Source of the DNA: an uncultured Chloroflexia bacterium
Lineage (GTDB): Bacteria > Chloroflexota > Limnocylindria > Limnocylindrales > CSP1-4
Direction: 5' to 3'
NCBI GenBank assembly: GCA_963748625.1
Contig: CAVVJT010000007.1
Location: forward strand, 992,001-1,056,000
DNA: 64,000 nucleotides
A program made the translations under genes and the position numbers. Below are positions 40,536 through 50,315 of this stretch, in pieces. Under the pieces are notes generated by a model. That model saw only the letters and a list, made by a program, of their open reading frames with translations, did no database searches and was not told the DNA's origin. Each line of letters starts with the position of its first letter. Position 1 is the first letter of the stretch.

Positions 40536-41492
40536 CGATCTCCAGGATGCTGCGTGGTGGAGGCTTCAATCCGGTCGAGAAGCGCTTCGACAAACGCCCG
40601 GCCGTCCCCCTCGACGACGATGTCCGAGATGCTGCAGATCGGGGCGTCCCGGTCCTGGTTGACCGAGATGACGTACTCGGCGTTCCGCATCCCCGCGACG
40701 TGCGCGGACGATCCCGAGATGCCGATGGCGACGTACAGCCGGGGACGCACCGTCCTCCCCGATTGGCCGACCTGGATCTCCCGTGGAGCAGCGCCCGAGT
40801 CCACGGCCTTGCGACTGGCGGCAACCATGCCGTTGAGCGCCGTGGCGAGGCGTCGGAGAAGGTCGAAGTCCCCGATGGCGCCACCGCCACCGGAGACGAG
40901 GACGGCGCTGTCGCGGATGTCGTGGAGCGGCGACCGATCCCTGCGCTCGATCAGGCGGACGTCGCATGTGCTGCCCTGCACGTCGATGTCGACGACCTCC
41001 GCGGTCTTCGCGACCGGGTCCTGATCGCTGAACACCCTGGGCCGCACGGTCATCATCGCGGGTCCACCCCCGCGGCCGACGATCGTGGCCAGCGCGCGTC
41101 CGCTGAACGCCGGCCGGACCATCGAGATGCCGTCGCCGTCAGCGCTGACGCCCGTGACATCCGCGACCAGTCCGGCACGCAGTCGCATGGCCGCGCGGGG
41201 CGCGATCATCCGGCCCCAGTGGGTGCCCGGCACCACGATCGCATCAAAGCCAAACGTCTGGTGCAGGTCCTCGATGCAGCGCGCAAGCGTGGCCGTGCAG
41301 TAGTTCGGGACGGGTCCGCCGCTTTGCCCGGAACACCTGGTCGAACCGGCCGGCAGCGTCTCCGAGTCGCGCGCCGACAGCGAGCGCGTAGGAACGGAAG
41401 CCCCGGTCGCCGAACAGCAGCCGGCCGACCGCCAGCAGGCCGATCGAGTCCTCGACCGCATCCTCGTCGATGTACACGAGCATCCGCTTCAC
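40532..41492 (-). CDS. etfA: Electron transfer flavoprotein alpha subunit (FixB/YgcQ-like), frameshifted
   Basis: GLVADVT, RPAFSG, QVGQSGRTVRP.LYVAIGISG, VNQD..API. Confidence 0.85.
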
Positions 41493-42289
41493 GGCTGGAG
41501 GAACCCCTTCTGCTCCAGCCAGCGGACCACCTGGGAGACGCCCTCCGGGTCCGCGCGGAGCCGCAGCGGGTCCTTGGCCTCGAGGGCGTCCGCGTCAAGC
41601 CTGCGGATCTGGGTGAGCGAGCCGCGGAGGCCCAGGTCCGCCTCGTCCAGACCGAGGTCGCCGGCCCCGAGCACCGCAACCTGACCTGACACGTCCCGGT
41701 CCAGGTCCTCGTACCGGATGGGGGGCAGCTTGCGTCGAGGGTCGTACTGGAACCCGAGCACCGCGGGAAGCGCGATGGAGAAGCGCATCAGCGCCGCCTC
41801 CGCATCGACATCCACCACCGCCCGGTGCTCGCGGAGGTCGAGGTCGACGACGGAGCTGACGCCGACCATGAGCGGGAGCCCCAGGGACTCGGCGACCTGG
41901 GCCGGCACCTGGCCCGTGCCGCTGTCGAGCGTGCGGGTGCCACAGAACACGCAGTCGAAGTCCTGCGTGGCGAGGTAGTGCGCCAGCACCCTGCTCGTCG
42001 CCCAGGTGTCGCTCCCGGCAAGGCGCGGATCGGTGATCAGCGTGGCCCGGTCGACCCCGCGGCGGACGAGATCCTCGAGGTGCGGCAGCGCCCCCCGAGG
42101 AGCCATGCTCAAGGTCTCGATGTGCTCGACACCTGCGACTCGCCGAAGCTCGAGCGCCGCGACCGTGGCGGTCGCGTCCTCGGGGTTGGGCATCAGGCGC
42201 ACATGCTCGCGGACGAGGACGTTCCGTTCGCGGTCATACCGGAGCTGGTCCACATCGGGCACCAGCTTCACCAGGCACAGGATTCTCAC
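41489..42289 (-). CDS. etfB: Electron transfer flavoprotein beta subunit (FixA/YgcR-like)
   Basis: CLVKLVPD, NPED, GSDTWATS, G..TLDSGTGQV. Confidence 0.87.
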   Translation of the reverse strand: MRILCLVKLVPDVDQLRYDRERNVLVREHVRLMPNPEDATATVAALELRRVAGVEHIETLSMAPRGALPHLEDLVRRGVDRATLITDPRLAGSDTWATSRVLAHYLATQDFDCVFCGTRTLDSGTGQVPAQVAESLGLPLMVGVSSVVDLDLREHRAVVDVDAEAALMRFSIALPAVLGFQYDPRRKLPPIRYEDLDRDVSGQVAVLGAGDLGLDEADLGLRGSLTQIRRLDADALEAKDPLRLRADPEGVSQVVRWLEQKGFLQP

Positions 42290-42407
42290 GAGCCCGATCC
42301 CGACCGGCGAGGCGTTGCCGGCGAAGCCGGCGACCCGGACGACGCTCGTGCCGCCACCGCGGGTCGCATCAGCGAGGGTGCAGCCGCGTCGCACGCACCG
42401 GCGAGGG

Positions 42408-43880
42408 TCACTTCTGGAACCGGGCGCCCTCTTCCTGGTAGAAGATGGTGCCGAAGTTCATGATCCCGTTGGGGTCGAACGCCTCCTTCAGCTTCTCGAG
42501 CATGTAGTAGGCCGACCCGTGCTCCTCCCTGGTCCACTCGTTCCGGAACTTCCCGATGCCATGGTGGTGGCACATGGAACCGCCGAGCTTGAGGGTCTCC
42601 TCGACGATGATCCGCTGGATCGGGTGGTGGTACACCCGCATCTCATCCTCGGGTGCGCAGTTGATCGCGTAGTTGTAGACGAAGTACATGTTCGTGCCGT
42701 TGATGTAGCTGTGCGAGGAGTGGCCACCCAGCATCGTCAGGTCGTGAGCCCTCGGGAACTCGGCCCGCACGCGGCTGATGACGCTGTCGTACAGGACTGG
42801 GACCGTTTCCCAATCGGCCGAGACCTCCGTGGTGAACCCGGCATGGGAATCGCCCTCGATCATCCCCTGGAACTCGTCGTCGATGTCCTTCTGGGACCAG
42901 TTGAGGTTCGCGAACCAGGAGGCGATCAGGCTGCTGTCCACCTGCTCGAGGATGCCGTCGCGGAACCTCTCGACCGCCTCCTCGATGCCGGCGGAGGTGG
43001 CCTCCACGATGCCCTTGTTCCCTTCGGCCATGAACAGGAGGACGCACTTGCCCTTGTGGAAGTGGTAGAAGTGCTGCCGAGCATCCTCCTCGGAGTAGAC
43101 GCGGGCGACGGAGGGCCGGTACCCGTTGACCATGACCTCTCGAAGCACCTTGATCCCGCTTGCCACATCCTTGATGAGGTAGCCGAAGAAGGCGTTGTTC
43201 TCGGGGAAGTGCCGGAAGAGCTTGACGGTCACCTCGGTGATGTAGCAGAGGGCACCTTCGTTGCCGATCGCGATGTGGCGGATGTCGGGGCCGCCAGAGC
43301 GGCGGGGCACGTTCTTGATCCGCGACACGTGGCCGTCCGGGAACACGCACTCCAGGCCGACGACCATGTCCTCGATGCCGCCATACAGCGTTGAGAACTG
43401 GCCGATGCTGCGGGTGGCGACCAGGCCGCCGAACTTGGCGACCGGCTTGGACTGGGGCGAGTGCCCCGTGGTCAGGCCTCGCTTGTTGAGCTCATCCTCC
43501 AGCGCCTGCAGGGTGACGCCCGCCTCGACCGTGGCCTGCATGTTGTACTCGTCGATCTTGACGATCCGATTGAGATCCCGGGCGTCCACGACCAGCGTGG
43601 TGTCTTTCCAGTTCTCCAGCCCGCCCTCCGTGGCGGTCTTCCCGGCTCGCGGAATGACGTTGATGCCATGCTCGTTGCACATGGCCAGCAGCCGTGCCAC
43701 GTCCGCCGTCGTCCTGGGGTAGACGATCGCCACGGGCATCGGCACGTCGAGGACCTTCCTGGCCTTCGCGTACTTCTTGTAGCGATCCGCCGAGGCGTCG
43801 TAGAGGTCATCGGGGGCCGTGTTGATCTGACTGGCCGGCAGCACCCCAGACACCAGCCCGAGAACCGTGTTCCTGTCCAT
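42408..43880 (-). CDS. ygcU: FAD-linked oxidoreductase, YgcU/alkylglycerone-phosphate synthase-like
   Basis: TATEGGLE, GHSPQSKP, GGLVATRSIGQFSTLYG.IEDMVVGLE, IKNVPRR, HHHGIGK; matches recalled E. coli YgcU. Confidence 0.87.
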   Translation of the reverse strand: MDRNTVLGLVSGVLPASQINTAPDDLYDASADRYKKYAKARKVLDVPMPVAIVYPRTTADVARLLAMCNEHGINVIPRAGKTATEGGLENWKDTTLVVDARDLNRIVKIDEYNMQATVEAGVTLQALEDELNKRGLTTGHSPQSKPVAKFGGLVATRSIGQFSTLYGGIEDMVVGLECVFPDGHVSRIKNVPRRSGGPDIRHIAIGNEGALCYITEVTVKLFRHFPENNAFFGYLIKDVASGIKVLREVMVNGYRPSVARVYSEEDARQHFYHFHKGKCVLLFMAEGNKGIVEATSAGIEEAVERFRDGILEQVDSSLIASWFANLNWSQKDIDDEFQGMIEGDSHAGFTTEVSADWETVPVLYDSVISRVRAEFPRAHDLTMLGGHSSHSYINGTNMYFVYNYAINCAPEDEMRVYHHPIQRIIVEETLKLGGSMCHHHGIGKFRNEWTREEHGSAYYMLEKLKEAFDPNGIMNFGTIFYQEEGARFQK

Positions 43881-43981
43881 GGCGTCTGCTCCCATCGAAC
43901 TCCAGTTGGGGTGTCAGTGGCCGGGCATGGCGAGTGGCCCGCCTGACCCTGCAGGTCCCGTCGCATCGACCCAAACCAGCA

Positions 43982-44031
43982 GAAAATTTTCGCTCGATTG
44001 CCATATGCTACGTCTATCCTAGAGAATTTTC
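43982..44031. promoter_or_regulatory. Paired palindromic operator sites in the divergent ygcU/RpiR promoter
   Basis: GAAAATTTTC (43982-43991, perfect palindrome) and GAGAATTTTC (44022-44031), 40 bp apart in an AT-rich patch. Confidence 0.55.
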
Positions 44032-44047
44032 CGTGAGAGCGCGCACG

Positions 44048-44768
44048 ATGTTCAACATAGACACGACGCGGCTGACCCCCCTCGATCGCAGGATCGTCGA
44101 CGAACTCGTGGCCCATGCACGGCAACACCCGCCGTTCCGGATCGCGGAGGCTGCGGAGATCTGCGGCTGCTCAATCTCGCAGGTGTCAAAGGCCATCCGG
44201 AAGGCCGGGTTCAGCGGCTACAAGCACTTCCTCCGGGTCCTCTATGCGGGCGAGCAGCCGCGTGAGCCGGCCCTGGACGAGCTCGAGCGCCTCAAGCGGG
44301 TCATCGAGGAGTTCGACATCGCGGCGGTCGAGGAGTTCGCGAGCCTCATCGAGGAGCACGAGCGGATCATCCTGTTCGGCTATGGACCCTCCCTGATCTG
44401 CGCCCAGTACTTCGAGTACAAGCTGCGCTTCAGCTCCACCGCCTTCGTCACCACCGCCCCGGACGAGGAATTCGGCGCGGAGTCTGCTGGAACAGGCAAG
44501 CCTGCTCGTCATCTTCACAGCGACCGGCCAGTACCGTTCCTTCGGAAGCCTCGCCCAGGAGGCCAGCGCCAAGGGCGCCGATGTTGTGGTGGTCTCGGAG
44601 GAGTTCAATCCGCTGCTGCTGGACATCTGCGAGCGGTACTTCGTCCTGACCCGTCACACGCAGCCCGACACCCTGAAACCGCACGAGAAGACCCGGACGG
44701 TGTTCTTCATCTTCCTCGAGGAGGTCATCGCGAGGTTCCAGCGCAGGAGAGCCCAGGGCCGTGAGTGA
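44048..44768 (+). CDS. RpiR/MurR-family transcriptional regulator (HTH-SIS), frameshifted
   Basis: I.EAAEICGCS.SQVSK..RKAGFSGYK HTH; LFGYGPS..CAQY SIS domain; indel near 44470. Confidence 0.8.
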
Positions 44769-44871
44769 GTTGCGGGCCGCGTCCCTGGGAGTCGATAACG
44801 GGTGCATGAACGCAGGCAGGCGGCCGGCGATGCCGGATCATCAAGAACCGAGCTGAGAGGACCACGTACAG

Positions 44872-45794
44872 ATGACCATGCGGATCGGGTTCGTCGGGCT
44901 GGGCAGCCTGGGACGCCACCTCGCCACGAGCCTGGTGCAGGCCGGGTTCCAGGTGACCGTCTTCGACGACGAACGAGGCCGCCGTGGCGGACCTTGTCGC
45001 CGTCGGGGCGGCCGGCGCCGCATCCGCGGCCGACGTGGCCCGTGCATCCGACACCGTCATCACCTGCCTGCCTTCGCCGGAGATCGTCACGCAGGTGGTC
45101 GCGGGGCCGTCGGGCATCCTCGAGGGGCTCGCGCCCGGCGGCACCTGGATCGACATGAGCACCAACGACCTGCACGAGCTGCAGCGCCTGGCGGCGGTCG
45201 CGGCGGAGCGGGGCATCGCCACCCTCGAGGCCCCGGTGACCGGCGGCGTCCACCGCGCGGCGGCCGGGATGATCACGCGTGCTCGTCGGCGGTGACGAGG
45301 CGGTCTTCCAGGCGCACCTCCCTGCGTTCGAGGCGATGGGCGGGAAGATCTTCTACATCGGCGCGCTCGGGCAGGCGTCGGTGATCAAGGTCATCACCAA
45401 CATGCTCGCGTTCATCCACCTCGTGGCGGACGGCGAGGCCCTCATGCTGGCCAAGCGCGGCGGCGTCGATCTCGGCCTTGCGTGGGAGGTCATCAAGGCG
45501 AGCTCGGGCAACAGCTTCGTCCACGAGACCGAGGGCCAGCTGATCCTCAACGGCAGCTACAACATCAACTTCACGATGGACCTCGCCCGCAAGGACCTGC
45601 ACCTCGCGCACATGATGGGTCGCGAGTTCGGCGTGCCGCTCGAGCTTGCGAGCGTCACCGAGCAGATCTTCGCCCGCGCCCGGGCGACCTACGGCGGGAG
45701 CGCGCAGTCGCCGTTGGTGGTCAAGATGCTCGAGGAGGCGGTCGGCACCGACCTGCGTGCGCCAGGCTTCCCGGCGGAGCTGGCTCCGGAGTGA
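44872..45794 (+). CDS. NAD(P)-dependent oxidoreductase, 3-hydroxyisobutyrate dehydrogenase family, frameshifted
   Basis: IGFVGLG..G, ITCLPSP, IDMST, APVTGG, KVITN, LARKDL. Confidence 0.85.
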
Positions 45795-45871
45795 CCGCGG
45801 CGCGGGGGCAGAACGGCGACCGTGGCGCAGGACGCCGGCCACCGGATCGGGCAGGGCGGCCGCTGCCGGCC

Positions 45872-47147
45872 TCAGAGCGGGACGGCGCCGTGCTCCACGG
45901 TGAGGGCGACGATGTCGGCGGCGGGCACGTCCCGTGAGGCGACGCCACGCTGGACGGCGAGCGCCGCCGCCGCGCCCATCGCCTGGCCCATCGCCATGCA
46001 GGTGCACTGGGCCCGGATCCCCGCGAACGCGATCCGGTTCGCGGACACGTTCCGACCGGCCACCGTGAGGCGCCGCGACCCCTTGGGGATCAGGGCCCGG
46101 AACGGGACCGTCGGAATGGTGTCCGGGTCGTCGATGAACGAGACCTCGCAGCCGATCGCCTGGCTGTGCAGGTCGATGTAGTTGAAGGCGTTGCACGACC
46201 TTGTCCGCGAAGTCGGTCGCCTGCACGAAGTCGTCGCTGACCACGGTGTACTCGCCGACGGTGTGGTACGTCTCGCGGGCCAGCGCGTACGGCGCCATGT
46301 AGGCGAGGTACGCGCGCTCGCGCCCGGGATGCACTCGCGCACGAACCGGAACATGCGCAGCATCCGCTCGCGGCCTTCGATGTCGGCTTTCGTCTGCCCG
46401 TCCGCGTCCGAGGTGTCCGCGTCGTAGACGTGGGTGGCGTTGTGCCCGCCGTGCTGCAGGTAGTACAGGAACGGCTCCATGTTGGCGTACGCCCAGTCGC
46501 CCTTCCGGAGCCGGCCGGCGGCCAGCGCCTCCTCGTACAGCGCCTGGACCTCGGACTTCCAGAGCTGCTCGTGCTCGATGCCCTTGATCTGGTACTGGAG
46601 CGTGCCGGGCTGGGACACCGTCGACCGGGTCACCGCGAGTCCGAGGATGCGCACGACGTCGGAATCGCCGGGCAGTCGATGATCTCCCGGCAGCGGGTCA
46701 CGCGCCGCACGCCGCGGCCGAGGGACACGACCTCCCACCAGTCGCCGTCGGCGCTGACCTCGGCGACGAACTCGTGGTAGTGGAGGACGACGCCCGCGCC
46801 GACCGCCTCGGCCTCGGCGATCGACGCGTAGACCGGGACGTTGATGTAGCTGTAGTAGCCGGGCGTCTCCACGGGTCGGCGCTGGCGGTAGTCGGGGACC
46901 GGGAGGCCCTCGATCTCCTTGGACTTCACGTACAGCTCCCAGGGGATCCCCTGGACCACCGGCCCGCGCGGCGTGAAGAAGTGGTTGGGCATCTACACGC
47001 CGCCCGCGGTCATGGTGCCGCCGAGCATCGACCCCGCCTCGATGACCGACGTGATCACGCCGGCACGGGCCGCCTGGAGGGCGGCGATGTGCCCGGCCGT
47101 GCCGCCACCCACGACCACGACATCGACGGTCTCGGTACTGTCTTCAT
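45872..47147 (-). CDS. FAD-dependent oxidoreductase (PF12831-like), multiply frameshifted
   Basis: DVVVVGGGTAG, LGGTMTAGGV, IIDC, VPFRALIP..L.VAGR, CMAMGQAMG. Confidence 0.78.
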
Positions 47148-47192
47148 GGCGCCATTGTGGCCCGTCGCGGGCGCGCGGGCGGACCGGATCGG

Positions 47193-48449
47193 CTAGCCGA
47201 AGAGCTTCTGGACCTCGCGCAGGGCGGCCGCCAGCGCGTCGATGTCGGCCTTCGTCGTGTAGACCTGGAACGAGGCCCGGGCCGTGGCGGCGAGGTCGAG
47301 GCGCTCGTGGAGCGGCATCGTGCAGTGGTGGCCGGCCCGGATCGCGACGCCGAAGCGGTCGAGCACCTGGGCGACGTCGTGCGGGTGGATGCCGGGCAGG
47401 TTGAACGGGATGACGCCGCCGCGCTGGTCGGCGGGCGGCCCGTAGAGCTCGATCCCGGGGACCTCGCGCGGGAGCATCTCGAGCGCGTACGCGACCAGCT
47501 CCTGCTCGTGGGCGGCCAGCCGGTCCATCCCCAGCTCGAGGAGGTAGTCCGCGGCCGCACCGAGGCCGATCTGGGCGCTGATGTCCGGCGTGCCGGCCTC
47601 GAACTTCCAGGGGATGCTCGTTCCACTCGGACCGGCGCAGGTGGACCTCGCGGATCATGTCGCCGCCGCCCATGAACGGCGGCATGGCCTCGAGCAGCTC
47701 GCGGCGACCCCACAGCGACGCCGGAGCCGGTGGGCGCGAGCGCCTTGTGGCCGCGAGAACACGTAGAAGTCGCAGCCGATGTCGACCACGTCCACCGGCA
47801 GGTGCGGCACCGCCTGGGCGCCGTCGACCAGCACGAGCGCGCCGGCCTCGTGGGCCATGCGCGTCATCTCCTTGACCGGGTTGATCGTGCCCAGCGTGTT
47901 CGACACGTGGGTGAACGCGACCAGCTTGGGCCGGAGGCGCAGCAGCACCTCGTAGACGTCGAGGCGCAGCAGCCCGTCGTCGGTGATCGGGATGAACTCG
48001 AGGTCCCCGTCCTTCTCCTGGGCGAGGATCTGCCAGGGCACCAGGTTCGCGTGGTGCTCCATCTCGGTCAGGATGATCGCGTCGCCCCGCTCGATGTGGC
48101 GGCGCCCCCAGGAGTACGCGACCAGGTTGATCGCCTCGGTCGCGTTCCGGGTCCAGATGATCGTGCTCGGGTCGGGCGCTCCGATCAGGCGCGCGACCTT
48201 CTCCCGGGCACCCTCGTACGCGGCGGTCGCGCGCTCGCTGAGCTGGTAGATCCCGCGGTGGACGTTCGCGTTGTCGTGGCGGTAGTAGGCGTCCATCGCC
48301 TCGATCACCGCCAGGGGCTTCTGCGAGGTCGCGGCGGAGTCGAGGTACACCAGCGGGTGCCCGAAGACCTCCTGGTCCAGGATCGGGAAGTCCGCCTTGA
48401 GCGAGGCCGGATCGAGCGGGGTGCGGGCGCGCTGCAGCTCGGTGGTCAT
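47193..48449 (-). CDS. sufS: Cysteine desulfurase SufS, frameshifted
   Basis: [45 protein letters not shown]. Confidence 0.9.
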
Positions 48450-48489
48450 CGGTGGGTCCCTCGGTCCTTCGCGGCTGCCGTGGTGCCTG

Positions 48490-49372
48490 CTACCGGCCGG
48501 CGCCGGCGGCCTCGGGCTCGAGCGGGACCGTGAGCGCCTCGTCGGGGACGCCGAGGTCCGTGCCGTTCTCGCGCAGGATCGGGCCGTAGCCCTCCTCCTC
48601 GAGGCGCAGGGCCAGGTCCTTGCCGCCCGACGTCACGATCCGGCCGGCGGCCAGGACGTGGACGACGTCGGGGGTGATGTAGTTGAGCAGCCGCTGGTAG
48701 TGCGTGATCAGCAGCACGCCCATGTCCGGGTTCAGCTGGGCGTTGACGCCCTCGGCCACGATGCGCAGCGCGTCGATGTCGAGGCCCGAGTCCGTCTCGT
48801 CGAGGATCGCGAACTCCGGCTCCAGCATCGCCATCTGGAGCATCTCGAGGCGCTTCTTCTCGCCGCCGCTGAAGCCGTCGTTGACGTAGCGGGCCGCAAA
48901 GGCGTCGTCCATCTTGAGCAGCGCCATCTTCGCCCGCATCCGCTTGCGGAACTCGAGCATGGAGACGCCGCCCTTGATGGCGTCGGTGGGATCCACGTTG
49001 GGATCCTTGTCGATGCCCTGGAGCTTCGCATTGAGCGCGCTCCGGACGAAGGAGGCGACGGACAGACCCGGGATGGCGGTCGGGTACTGGAAGGCCAGGA
49101 ACAGGCCGAGGCGGGCGCGCTTGTCGGCCGACAGGTCGAGCAGGTCGTAGCCCTTCCAGCGGACCTCGCCGCCCAGGACACGTATGCGCCGGGTGGCCCA
49201 TGAGGGCGTAGGAGAGGGTGGTCTTGCCCGAGCCGTTGGGGCCCATGATCGCGTGGGTCTCACCCTTGCGGATCGTGAGGTTGATCCCCTTGAGGATCTC
49301 GAGGTCGGGCTTGGCCGCCGGGGCGACCCGCAGGTCGCGGATCACCAGCTCCCGGTCGTTGGCGTCGGTCAC
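48490..49372 (-). CDS. sufC: Fe-S cluster assembly ATPase SufC, frameshifted
   Basis: [50 protein letters not shown]. Confidence 0.92.
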
Positions 49373-49920
49373 GAAACGGCTCCTGTGAGCGAGGGTTCAA
49401 TTGACAGGGTTGGGTCCCCCGCCGCGGTACCGGCCGGGGACGTGGCCGGGATCCGCGGGTCGAGGGTGATGTGCGGGACCGGGACGAGGTCCGCGAGGGT
49501 GATCGATTCGAGGGTGCCGGCGATGGCATCGCGGACGCGGACCCAGAGGGTGTGCGTCGTGCACCGCGCCGAGCGGGCGCACTCGGCGTGGCCGGGCTCG
49601 TCCGAGGCGCAGATCATCGGCGCGATCGGGCCTTCGAGGGCGCGCAGCACCTCGCTCATCCGGATGTCGGATGGCGACGAGGTGAGCTCGTAGCCCCCGC
49701 GGGCACCGCGGGTCGAGGTGACGAGGCCTGCGTCCCGGAGGCTCGTGACGAGCTGCTCCAGGTAGGCACGCGGCAGGTCCTCGTCAGCCGCGATCTCGGC
49801 GAGGGAGGCGGGACCGGCCCCGTAGCGTCGTCCGAGCTGGACCATCAGGCGCACGCCGTACTCGCCCTTCGTTGAGAAGGCGACGGCGCCGGTTCCGTGG
49901 TAGCTCGGTCGATTGCTCAG
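49369..49920 (-). CDS. Rrf2-family (IscR-like) transcriptional regulator; probable CTG start
   Basis: [22 protein letters not shown], three Cys (IC..EC..RC); GGAGG 8 nt before CTG at 49920. Confidence 0.88.
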   Translation of the reverse strand: MSNRPSYHGTGAVAFSTKGEYGVRLMVQLGRRYGAGPASLAEIAADEDLPRAYLEQLVTSLRDAGLVTSTRGARGGYELTSSPSDIRMSEVLRALEGPIAPMICASDEPGHAECARSARCTTHTLWVRVRDAIAGTLESITLADLVPVPHITLDPRIPATSPAGTAAGDPTLSIEPSLTGAVS

Positions 49921-50030
49921 GGTCGGGTCCTCCGTGGTCGGAGGTTCCCCAGGGGGACGCCCGCGGCACTTGGACAGCGTCCGAGCCGTTCGTGTCGATC
50001 GCTCGGGGGTTGCCGGGTGCCGCGCCGGAG

Positions 50031-50086
50031 AAATCCGACCACTTTCGTCGGATATGAGTCTAGACCCGCCCGCGGGAGTGCGTCAA
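50031..50086 (-). promoter_or_regulatory. Sigma70-type promoter plus IscR type-1-like operator for rrf2-sufC-sufS
   Basis: Minus strand TTGACG-18 bp-TAGACT, followed by inverted repeat ATCCGAC-N7-GTCGGAT (50033-50053). Confidence 0.7.
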
Positions 50087-50315
50087 CGAGCACTCGACCG
50101 CGTGCGCGATAGCAGACCGAGACCGGCCGGAGACCCGTCGGCGACCGATGCGCGCGTAGCGTGCGCACGCCATCCGGGCACACCATCCGCGCACGCTGGC
50201 CGCGCACGCCATCCAGGCACGAACTGCACAGGTCACCAAGCGAGACGGTCCGAATGGCCGTGGCCCCATCGGCTGCGGACGCCTAGGATCGCCAGCGCCG
50301 GGGAGGGGTGAGGCG

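Noticed and set aside
31032-49372. Mass pseudogenisation or programmed frameshifting
   Set aside because: Indels hit core sufC and sufS, no consistent slippery sites were seen, and motifs are otherwise intact, which fits long-read error.
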